Part shown: piece after piece, positions 52,186-64,000 of the stretch
Position numbering within the stretch: position 1 is the first letter of the stretch
Layout of the letters: each line of letters starts with the position of its first letter
Source of the DNA: Podarcis liolepis
Taxonomy: Eukaryota
NCBI GenBank assembly: GCA_965112155.1
Contig: OZ218114.1
DNA: 64,000 nt
Direction: 5' to 3' (one strand)
Notes under the pieces: model-generated
What the model saw: the letters and a program-made list of their open reading frames with translations, nothing else
Databases searched by the model: none
Told to the model about the DNA's origin: nothing
Program-made: the position numbers and the translations under genes

Positions 52186-52546
52186 GAGACTCTAACTGCT
52201 CACAACCAGTGGTGGTTGAGCCAATGCTGCCAGGGCTGAGGGGTAGTATTTCACCTACCCCCTCACTGAAGCCTCATCTTTTCAGGTGAGTAGGGAAACC
52301 TTCATGTCTTCCCCTCTTCCAAGGCCCCATAACTCTAGGAGTATGCTACAGGTTGGCCCCCAAAAGGCCCCTGACAACAAGCACCACAGCTCTGAAGGCC
52401 AGTTGTGAAATTATACTCTTAAAGGTATCTGAGGGTCAGGGACAACATTTTCCATTCATCCTTGTATTTGTCACATGCAGCACTGTTTCCATTCCGCTGC
52501 TTGAGAGGACACAGCCCTGGTTGGAAATTGCATAGCATCCATAGTA

Positions 52547-52894
52547 AAGGTAAAGGTAAAGGTACCCCTGCCCGTACGGGCCAGTCTTGACAGACTCTAG
52601 GGTTGTGCACTCATCTCACTCTAGAGGCCAGGAGCCAGCGCTGTCCGCAGACACTTCCGGGTCACGTGGCCAGCGTGATGAAGCTGCTCTGGCGAGCCAG
52701 CACCAGCACAGCACACGGAAATGCTGTTTACCTTCCCGTCGGAGCGGCACCTATTTATCTACTTGCACTTAAGAGTGCTTTCGAACTGCTAGGTTGGCAG
52801 GCACTGGGACCGAGCAATGGGAGTGCACCCCGCCACGGGGATTCGAACCGCTGACCATGCGATTGGCAAGTCCTAGGCGCTGAGGTTTTTTCCC
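52547..52894 (-). mobile_element. Sauria SINE, second subfamily, A-box region deleted
   Basis: Perfect 14-bp TSD TAGCATCCATAGTA (52533-46 and 52895-908), B box GGTTCGAATCCC, (ACCTTT)n tail. Confidence 0.92.
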
Positions 52895-53329
52895 TAGCAT
52901 CCATAGTAGCGTCTGCCATAAAGGCTTGTGCCTGAGGAAGTTTAGAAGTAGTTTGACACTGAAGTATTGCATCTGGGGGAAGGGAGTGCCAGAGGTCCTC
53001 AAGCCACACAACGCATGCGCGTGCAGAAGAAGATGCTGCTGCACAAGATGCTTTTATAGATAAGGCAGCCGTATCGTGGATCTTACGGAATGCAAATTTC
53101 CTGTCTGTCCAAAACTACATTATCCATCTTGTTATTTGCTGTGGTGAAATTAAGTAACTTATAAAAATTAAGTTGTTATTCCACCCCATTCATTTCAGTG
53201 CAAAGGAAACACAATGCAAATAGCAGGAAGATGTAAATCAGTTATGTACATATCATTTGTGGGCAAAAAGCAAAAACAACAGTGAATATATATTTGTGGT
53301 TTGATTTCTGTCTCGGCATGAAACAAATA

Positions 53330-53579
53330 CAGTCGTACCTTGGAAGTCAAGCAGAATCTGTTCGGGAAGTCCGTTCAACTTCCAAAATGTTTGGAAACCA
53401 AGAAGCGGCTTCTGATTGGCTGCAGGAAGCTCCTGCAGCCAATCCGAAGCTATGTAAGCCACGTTGGATGTTTGGGTTCCAAAGAACATTTGCAAACCAG
53501 AAAACTCACTTCCGGATTTGTGGCGTTCGGGAGCCAAAATGTTCGATTCTCAAGGCGTTCAGGATCCAAGGTACGACTG
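53330..53579. mobile_element. Tc1/mariner-type MITE (CAGTCGTACCTTGG family)
   Basis: TA|CAGTCGTACCTTGGA ... TCCAAGGTACGACTG|TA; perfect 15-bp TIR. Confidence 0.92.
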
Positions 53580-54934
53580 TAAGTGAACATTGGCCATATC
53601 CACTCTGAGTTTCGAAACTGAAGAGGCCAAAGGAGGGGTAGAACAGGCTTAAATAGCTTTATGCCCTCCTCCACTCTGGTTGATGCAGAGACTTCCCTTT
53701 CTCAAAGTGATTACAAAGGCCATTTCCTGCTGAGAACCAGGAGTGGAATTCCGGAAGGGAAGACATCAGGAATCAAAGCAGCAACAGAGAAATGTTTATG
53801 CAATAGTTGTGGCCCCCCCCCCAAAAAAAATCTGGGAATACTATATGATAGACCCTCTTTATTGCACTATAGATAATGTGCCAAATTTAAGTGTCAAAGG
53901 GAATAAGGAAAGGTACATAGATTACTGTAATATGGGGGCTGCCCTTGAAGATAGCCTGGGAACGCCACCATCTGTACAGAATGTGGCGGCCACAGATTTG
54001 TCTAAACCATACCATGATGGTTTGGTACCAGATTCGATGTACAGAATAAATCCTCTCTCCCCAGGTTGAAAGCTAACCTGCTGGGTTGTTTTTCTTTAAG
54101 AAGCAACCCTGTTTCCTACCCCCAGCACCCTTAAAACCACCTGCAGCAAGGCTGTGTGTTTACTCTTTCATTATGTTTGCTCAGTTATCAAGCTACAGTA
54201 GCAGAATCAAATGGAGAGCGGTTAGGCTCGAGGCATTATAGTGGTATGTGGAGAACTGCTGTGAATGTGTTATGTCTGCACACAGCCTTAAACAATTACA
54301 GCGTGGAAAGGAGAGAGAAAGAGAGATGAGATTTAGTGCCTGTGTCTCCTCAGCCCCCTCCTCCCCCCCATGTTTCCAACTTGACACACTTCACCTCCTT
54401 CTGTGTTTTTATTAGCTGGTATTCTCAATACATCAGCGACAGCTATGATGAAACCAGTGGCAGATTTTCCTGCAAAGCAGCTGGGTCATTGTCCCATGGG
54501 CCTTGTTGCCTTTACCATGCAAGATCTTTAAAGTGACCATGCCTGGATCAGCCGCCGTTTTGAAAGCACTTGAATGGACAATTCTGAGCATGTTAAAGTG
54601 TGTGCGTGTTGGACTTGCGCATGGCTCACAGACAGAGCTACTTTGAAAAATTCAGAGACAGCTACCGATCATGAACACAGTCCCTGCTATGGGCAGTTGT
54701 ACATGCAAGTGCCTTGCTTTGGGGTGTCAAATCAAATATACATCACTGGTTGGCAGGGTACATCACCTCCCCTCCTGGGCATTCAGAAGGGGGAAGCGGG
54801 GGAAGCATGGATTAAATACGACAAATGCAGGGAAAACTTTAACCATATATGATGGGGTTTATCATTTACTGTCATCTCATTTATTACCCACGGTGTCAGT
54901 GACGAGGAACGGAAGCGAAAAGACAGACAACTTA

Positions 54935-55162
<228 letters not shown>

Positions 55163-57134
55163 TCAACAGAGTGTTTTAAAAGCATGCTGTCAATTAAAAC
55201 AGATTAAAATGACATTTCTTGTGGAATTTATTTGCCCTGCAAAGAAATACCTATTGCTATTAGAAACCAGAGATCTTTAAAAAAAAAAACAAAAAACTTT
55301 TAGCTCACAGACAAGCAAGGCAAAATACAATAGGTGAAGCTTCCAACGTGAGGACAGAGGCAAGAACAGTTGCATTGGGAATTTGAAGCAATAAAACAAA
55401 AAGAAAGAATAAAGATAATAGACATAGAATCCCCCCCCCCATAAAAAACCCTGAAAGTATTTGTGTACTCATGAATGCAGCTCTGCAATTTATATCTCTT
55501 TATCTGGGTCTAAGTGACATTCGCACATTATGTAGATGCGAAACTGGGATTTGCATGAAATTCAGAGGAGCTGAAGCCAATCCTGGTATTTTCATAAGTG
55601 TATGCAGGGCGGGCTTTTTTATATATATAGAAAAAGTTGAGTTGAAGCCTCAACATCTCAACAAGAGGGTCTCAGTACCAGTGCTGGAAAAGACCTCTTT
55701 CTGAGATCAACTGTTGGTCATGATAGACCAAGGCTGGAGAACCTTTGGCCTTCCAGGTGCTGATGGTCAGGGATGATAGGTGTTGTAGTCCAACAACATT
55801 GGGGGGGGGTGTCACAGGCTCTCCCCATCCCTGTGGCAGACAATACTGAGACAAAGGACTAAAGGTCTGTTTAAGTGTCAGACAATTTTATGTGGTGATC
55901 TCATCCATACACTACATTTTAAGGTATATACTTTAAAAAGTGAAGAAGCCATAATGAGGTCAAACATGGTGAAGTGGACAGAATTTTGAGTTTTGGTGTG
56001 GAGGGACACGGGGCCACATCCCTCCTCAGCTCATCAACCTTACTGAATAGCCTTGGGCAAGTCTCTCTCAGTTTAGATTATTTTATAAAATTGCTGGGAG
56101 CTTACATAAAATATGAAATTCATGTAAGAGCTGTTCACAGAGCACCCCCCCCCTCACTAAAGCATGGAGGAGGGAGGGGGACAGCCTGATATACAGGCAT
56201 TAAATAGAACATCAGCACACAACACTTGAATGCACAGAGACCTTCCACACTGATGTTCCAATCAGCACATGAATATTAAGCGTCAGACTGGGATGTTTGC
56301 AGACATTCTGATGAGGCCAGTGAGTGTGGTCCAACACAAAGGCCAATGTGACCTTCTTGTTTAAAATCCTCATCTGCTGTAATGCTCGCACAGGTTGACC
56401 ATGGGGAAGTCTCTACCTGTCAGCCTAATTTATCTTCCAGGGGTGCTGGGGTAAAATGATGAGGGAGTGAAGAACAATGTGTAGTATGCTCAGATCTCCA
56501 GGGGAACAGAAATTTATAAATATGAATGGGGAAACATTCCACATCACATATTTTTCCATCACACTGGAAAGTATTAGAGAAAGTAATATTTGCAGGACAT
56601 AACAATAAATAGATTATTTATTTATTTTGAATACTTGCATCCTGCTTTATAACCCTGAGGGGCTTACAAAAGACTCCCACAAAAAAAATCCAAACACAAG
56701 TCTGTTATCCAGAACAAAAACATGGCATCCCTTCAATATCCTATAGGTGGCATTTAATTTACTTCTGTGTTTTACCAACAGGTAAGCAGTGAGTTTGTTT
56801 GTTTGTTTGTTTGTTTACCACACTGTAATCTTTATATCTATATACTGTATATGGACTGTAAGTTGAGTGATTAATGTGCATAACAACTGGCCATTGTGCA
56901 CATTCACCAGGCTACATGGAGAATGTGCACACAATCCTTCCACAAGGAGGGAATTGTGTACATTTCTGGGTCAATAAGCATAATCTCCAAGGGCCCTTGA
57001 GATTTGTGCATATAGTGACTGAATTTGGTACAGGGCTGTGGGACTTGCCAGTAGGGGGGCAGCCTGTAACGTATTCCCAGAGTTATGGTGCACTGGGAGG
57101 GAGCAGCGCAGGAAGGCTGAAAGGCTGAAGGACT

Positions 57135-57530
57135 TAGTATCCCAAACAGATCTCTTAAGTGAAAATAAATAATTGTAGCCCAGCTCACTCAACCTTGTTC
57201 TTTGCCTCTCTATTTACCACCATGGTTACAGATTCTTCTATTGCAGTCCATGTGTTCCCAGCACTGAAAATGCAATGTTTTACTGCCTTCAATAAATTAG
57301 TTTTACCCTTGAATATTGCATCTGTTGTGACATGTTGTGCCTTCCTCCAACCACCCACCAAACCTGAATGAATAGCATGGGTACCTTTAATTTATTAAAG
57401 TTTGAGACATAGAACTTGATTTGAAATCTGAAAAGGGATTGGTTAAGGCCTGGTCTACACGTGGAGTGAAACGAGTTAGTAAAATGTGGAAGTGGTAGAA
57501 TAGACTGTACAATTCAACAGAGCAGTTAGG
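57135..57530. repeat. Interspersed repeat, inverted partner of 51790-52185
   Basis: See partner. Even the chance ORFs 51919-52155(-) and 57159-57371(+) share LFTT...AxHVxxALKxQC. Confidence 0.85.
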
Positions 57531-59239
57531 TAATGCCAGTCAGGACAAAGGTGGGGAGAGGCGAAAGGCAAATTGCTTCGAGAGCAGGGCTAAGCTGGCC
57601 TCTTAACAACACACCTGAGAGCCCTGCTGCTACGGCCCCTAGCATGGCAGCATGCAAATCTACCTAATTCTCCCTTCCCCAAAACAATATATGAACTAAA
57701 ACACAATTAACCTTCACAATTCACACTGCTTCATGTTTTAGTGGATGTAGTGCTCCAACCCCCAAAAAGGGGATTTAAAATGTTTATATTGAAGACACAT
57801 AGTATTAAAGACAAAAAACAAAAACACAAAACCATATATTTGTGAAAGTAACATGGAAATGTGGATGTTGCCTGAAAAAATGTCTCTATTAAGAGAAATG
57901 CACATTTAAATGCCAAGAAACATTCATGAGGGTTTTTTAAAAAAAGAATAAAATAAAGTAAATCACCAGTTCTTAGGGAAATGTAGGAAACTAAATTTAA
58001 GACTGGAAAAAACAGAAACTGAAATTAGAATCGACCTATTTGCCCATCTGCAGTCGTGGCCACTGAAACAGTGCAGCAAGAATGGCTTCCTATCCAGCAG
58101 GACGACAGTTTGTCCCAGGACCAAGCAACCTACAATAGGTTATTCACAGTGGATCATTTTAGCCTGTGGAATTAATATTTTCAGGAGTGGGCTTTTTTAG
58201 TTGCAAATGTGCATTATTTCACTTGCTTCAAAATGGTGTGAGCCAGCTCTGTTTTGTTTCTGCTGAGTGGGACCCTGGACTCCTGCCCCCATAGTCCTCC
58301 CTCAACAGCATCAACAGTTATACAATTTGGCCTGCTCTATATATGTGCTATGGAAAAATCACGAAACTGGCACCACATCTGGATATGCTCAAGCAGATGT
58401 AAATGTCACCCAAAAATCGGGGCGGGGGGGTTGGAACAGAGAAAATTAATTACAGATTTTGGGATGTAACTATCCATTTTTCAAACTTGCCCAACTGATA
58501 CAGTCATAAATATATTAGGTCCACACTCAAAATACTCAAAAAGAAGAGAAAATTTTAAACATGCTCAGGAAACACATGGATGTTTCCATATTTTGGGACT
58601 CGGGGGCACCAGATGTACAAATCAAAATGAAACACTGGGCAGGTGAGATGTACAACGAGGTTACAGAATAAATAGCAGATCTCTTTGTGACCTATTATCC
58701 TATGCTACATTAGATATTTTGTGTGCAACTGCTAGAGAATGGAAAAACAAAAGGTTCCTAAACATATTTTCAGCGTTTACACCATCCAAACACAAAAATG
58801 AGAATGGCTCTGTTCATGGATAGATGAATCTGTCAGTTTCAGCTTCTCCTATTTCTGGTCTCAAATTTAGTTCTGCAGCAATTTGCAATAATAATAAAAA
58901 CTCATGAAAAGTATCCATCATGTGACTTTCTAATATACACATGTTTGGCATGCCATTTTGACTAGCATGTAAGTTTCTCAAAACCATTTCTTCTAACACA
59001 ATGCATTTTTGTATGTGACTTTCACTAACATTCACATTTTTGTTAACTAGTTGGTTAAAGATCTGCATCGCAAAATTCAGAGAAATGTGAATTTCGAGGG
59101 ATAATTGTGTTTCAGTTTGTGATGTGTGAATTAAGTAATTTCTGATTATATTGCAAACAAAACTGAATTTCTCCACCATCACTAGGTCTGTCTGTGATCT
59201 ATCTAGCTTTGTTTCAGCTGGAAACATTTTCTGTTCTCG

Positions 59240-59277
<38 letters not shown>

Positions 59278-62200
59278 CCTGGTATCCTAGTAGTACATCT
59301 AAATTGCAGTGGTGAGGGAGGAACCCACAGATTTAACTGGGACACGGAAAATTCATGAAGGCTGCAGGACAAAATAAAATGCATTCATATAAGGGTTGAA
59401 TAGTTGCGGAGGGGGGCGGGAGTTGAAAGTCAGCTGGGAACACAATGAGCAATTTATTTATTTATTTCCCTTGCTGAGTGCTTGTCTAAAAAAAAAAAAA
59501 CCCAGCTTTTGCAGTAAGTTAAAGTCCCAGGTGAGCTAGGCCTAGTTCCCTTTCTGTTACTATGACAACGAATTTTTACCGCAGTCCCAAAGTCCCTCCA
59601 GAACTCACACATTCATGCCTTGAATTAGAACTTTAAAGAAGAAAGATGTATATTTTTCCCAAGGTTTACCAACAAGAAAAACAAGCAATAGAAATATAAG
59701 GCAAAAAACATATCGCCCCCCCCCCTCCAAAACATACACACCAGTGTTACATCTCCAATAAAACCGTAGTTTTGCCAACTTCAAAAATTGTGGGTTCTTT
59801 TTACCAACAGACAAAGGAAATATTTAGAGATCCAATTCATTTCCAACAGCAAATAATAAACAACAAAAGAATGGGGAGTGTGGGGAAATCATTAAACTGA
59901 TGAGATATTAATATCACCTAAAATGTTCTTGAAAATACCAATGATTTTTTTTTAACTTTATTAACAGATTTTGTATTTTGTATTTTATTTTTTTTAAGTT
60001 GGTGACTTTCTCAATGGGATTACTAAAAAGCAAGGTCATTTTCCCCTTCCTGCCATGTCTGTACTAACTTCCCTTTGTGGCTAATGCAGAGGATCCAAAC
60101 CTCTTTGTGTGATGGATATTGAAGTATACACACACAAACTCCTGGCTACTGTCAATTAACTCCATTGTTAAATTTAAGTTGGCCCCAAACAGGGCAGCTT
60201 TTGTGAACAAATAGATCAGCTTTTGTGACGTGGTGCCCTCTAGCTGTTCTTGGACTACAACTTCCATAATCCCTAACCAGCATGGCTGATGATCAGGGTT
60301 GATGGGAGTTATAGCCCAATGCTATCTGGAGGGCATCTCATTGGCTAGCTCAGAAACAGACTGCACTGAAATCCATACAGATGCCCACACTTTAGGGCGA
60401 GTAGATAATGGCAAATGTTGGCCCTTGGCAAATATATAGCTATCCACATTATGTACTAAAAGAGATGCAAAAATTGCAATTCACCCCGTGGCAGAGTTAA
60501 AAACTCTGAGGGTTTATAAACCCCAAATTTCATAAAAATTTCATTTTTTATGTTTGATCCCAAATCTCACATTGTGCAAGAGAATGAGTAAAATCTTAAA
60601 GAACTAATCATCCCTCCTGGACAAAATTTTCCCTAAGATTGCCTGATGGAGAAAAGCCTGCATCCCAGGATGGCCTTGTGGCTTGTGGGTCTTCTGCTGT
60701 TGTAGCCTAGATTAAAAGAGGGTGTGTGTGTGTGCAAATCTAGAACCCAGCAACTAATGGCAGCATTTTGCTTTCTCTGAGTTGGAGGCTGAGCTCCAGT
60801 GTATGAAGAGAGAGAGGATGGAGCTGAGGGTGGGGGGAAGAGGCTTCTTCCACTGATCCATATTGTTCATGAACAAATGCAATCTTTTTTTGAAAACAGT
60901 TTTTAATACAATATTGGACCTTTGAGCATGCCTCACACTCATTTGGATGAATGGTTTAGCTAATAAAGTATTCATTCAGTCTTAAATTGATATGCCTCTC
61001 AAAATGATGTCAGGCGGCTTCCAGAGTGACTCACTCTGGAACAATTCAAAACAACAAAATCCAAACAACAAAAACAACACATTTTGAAAGAACAGCCATA
61101 GCCAACAAGATTCAGAGAGCAGGTCAATTTGCAGCATAAATTCTAATAAACAGAGGAACAAAGAAACAAACCAGTTCATCAAATAAGATCCAGTGACCTT
61201 TGAAGTATTTTTTTTTAAGTCTTTCCCCATTTTCCTAAGGACTGTGAAGGACCAAATTTCATGAGTCAGCCTAGAAAGCAATTTCTAGAGTAGGTGCCAC
61301 CACTGATAAAGCCCTATACTTTTTCGGTCTGAACAAAGTATTTAGAGCAGGCCTTTCCCTGTGCACATGGGGGAAGAGGAGGAACATATGGGAGAAGTCA
61401 GTCCCTAAGGTTTCGCGGGCAGGACTGTTTATGTCGGCCTTCACCAACCTGGTGCCCTCCAGACATTGCTGCACAGCTTCCACCAACCCTGATTATTGGC
61501 CATGCTGGCTGAAGCAGATAAGAATTGTATCCCAAAACATCTGGAAAGCTGGTAGAGGAACATTTTGAGGTGGCAGCTTCCTTCTGACATCCTCCTCCAA
61601 TTGTTTGCTAAATAGATGCACAGACCCGCAAGTTTGTCTGCATGATACAACTGTGACATCTCAGTCTCGGCCCTGAAGTCCATAACAAGAATGTGTGCTA
61701 TTGATACAAGAATGCGTTGAGATACAAAAATTATGAGATATTAAATGAGATATATTTTTGTTGGAACCATAGTATAGGGAAGGAAAGAGTGCAATCTGTC
61801 CTCATGTCTATGGGCATCTAGTTGCTGAGGCTTTCCCATGGCTACTTACATCATTAGAAATGTGCACATCAATTGCATGATGTCACATCTAGTTTGGTCC
61901 CATCTCCCATGGAAAACAACACAACAAATTAATTGCATAGAGAGATGAAACACTGTGGGTGGGGTAGACAGGGTCTGATCACATATCGGCTGCCCTGAAA
62001 GCAAGGCAGTGAGTGTGGATTCTGCCATACAAAAGATGTTACAGCTGTCTTCCATCTGTTTTCAGTTGAACCAGTCTCTAACTAACTGCATGACCAGAGA
62101 CCTCTCAGCATCACACTCTAACCAACTGAGCAGTTTCTTTCAATCTGACTGTACCCTAGTCATTTGGAGAGTGGTGTCTGATATTTGGAGCAAATGGGTA

Positions 62201-63359
62201 GTGGTTGGGTGGCTAAACGCTAAACCCTTACTCATCTATATATCACCATCCCATGGATGGGCGGATCCAGAATTGGCCTCCACAGTCACATATGTTAAAA
62301 CCATATTATTGGAAGACAATCTTGCTCAGCTACGAGTGATCGCCAAAGAAAGTCCATCCCACCCTCCAGTTCCAACATGATTTGGGCAAAACCAGGTCAC
62401 CAAAGGGCAGCTCCACATCATACATTTAAAGCACTTCCCCAAAAGAATCTTGGGAACTGTAGTTTTTCCCTTACAGAGCTACAATTCCCACTTCCCTTAA
62501 GACATGAATCTGCTCAATGGCAGAGCACATGGCTGGTGCCAGCAGGGAGACGAACAGGAGGTGGAACCAGATCCATGGGAAGACATGCCCAACTAATATG
62601 AACTTTGTCCTGGCCTCCTTGCTATTAGGTTGCCCAAGGGCAACACTGAGACTATGAGGGAGAAAGCTTAGAGCCAGTGTCAGCCCCTGGACAAGTTGTA
62701 GGTGAGAAGAGGGTCGACTGAGGTCAAGCTGAGGCAGCGCAGGGCCCCTATTACCCAAGTAGATCAGCCTCAGTTGCACACTGTGCATTCAGAAAGTTCC
62801 AGGTTCAGTCCCTGGTGTCTCAAGCTATGGCTAGGAAAGATCCCTGTGTGGAAACTTGCAGAGGTGGACTAGATCACCTCCTAAGTAAGGCAGCTTCCTG
62901 AGTTCTTGTGTATATTTCCGTGGGAAGGTGCCAAAGCTGTGTAAATAGACACAGTTCAAATGAAGTTCATGACTAGCTGGAGCTCCTTATGGAGCAAGGG
63001 AGCTGCTCTAGCATATGCAGCCCTTATGGTAACAAAGACAATAACAGCACCACACACACTTATATCAAGATGCCGCCCCATAAGCGTGTTGAGTGTGCTT
63101 TCTTAGAAACATCTTCAAAGTCCTGAATTGCAAGCGATGGTTCCCCACCATTTCATCATCAGCCTCTCAACCTCTTCACAAACAAATACTGCACCCTAAA
63201 TCACAAGGAATGTTTAGCATTTCAGCTTCAATGGGTCATTGCCTACACTCAGCCTTATTATGGCTGCTTTATTTGCTTTAAACCCCAGTAGAAACATTAA
63301 AGTGCCTAATTTTCTTCCTCTGGCTTTAAACTTCTTTAAATACTCACATATGCTCAAGA

Positions 63360-63400
<41 letters not shown>

Positions 63401-64000
63401 CTTTAGTTGAACCATGTCACTCATTCCTTCCCCTCCTTTCAGATATTTTCTAGCCAGTCTCTAATGATAACTAAGCAGCCATATAAAAGAGTTCTGTGCT
63501 GTCTTTTATATATACCCAGATATTTTACATGCTTGCATCTGCTAAAGGCATTAATATTTATGGAGGTATTACAATAAAAATGACTTCGGGAGAGAGGAAG
63601 CAAAAAGGAGGCAGAGCTTAACACCACAGAAGTATGATTTAGGGGCAATGGGAGAGCCACAGAATGGGTTTTCCTGGTTTTTATATAATTAGAAAGCGGC
63701 TTTCACAACTTTTCCTGGACAAAATTCACACAGGCATTAAACAGGGACTCCAATGGCTACTTGGCCCATGCTTGGCTTCACATAAGGATATTTTCAGCCA
63801 TGACTCAAACTCTTGCTGCCACATGTGGAAAGATACAGCTTGTTTCATGACATATTTCAATCATTCAAGTACTTGAGGCAAACCTGGCCTAATTTGAAAT
63901 GCATGGCTATTTTGGAGAAGTATTCCAGGCCTACTAGAACCATAGGCATCTAAAGGCAACCAAACACAAAATTTAGTGAAATCATTTTTTTCGACCCCTC

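Overview
Vertebrate nuclear DNA from a squamate reptile, most likely a lacertid lizard judging from the Sauria-SINE type. The whole window lies inside one minus-strand gene, the COE-family transcription factor EBF2. Eight coding exons (7-14 by analogy to the mammalian gene; 974 nt) were delimited by hand; all have GT-AG borders and compatible phases. They encode the end of the DNA-binding domain, the IPT/TIG domain, the HLH with its duplicated helix 2, and the start of the Ser/Pro-rich tail. Exons 1-6 lie beyond 64000. Exon 15 was not found and is probably below base 1. Introns hold many repeats: CR1, L2, a BovB fragment fused to a 5'-truncated L1, Sauria and other tRNA-derived SINEs, TA-flanked Tc1/mariner-type MITEs, hAT MITEs with 8-bp TSDs, fold-back MITEs, a DIRS-like remnant and microsatellites. 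Several repeat-free, motif-dense stretches look like enhancers. I see no well-supported wholly new biological system. The best leads are a decayed relic of the EBF1/EBF3 exon-8 extension, a hAT MITE carrying TTAGGG repeats, the BovB-L1 chimera, inverted repeats bracketing EBF2 exons, and a hairpin inside a putative conserved element. Family names and paralog comparisons are from recall, not database searches.
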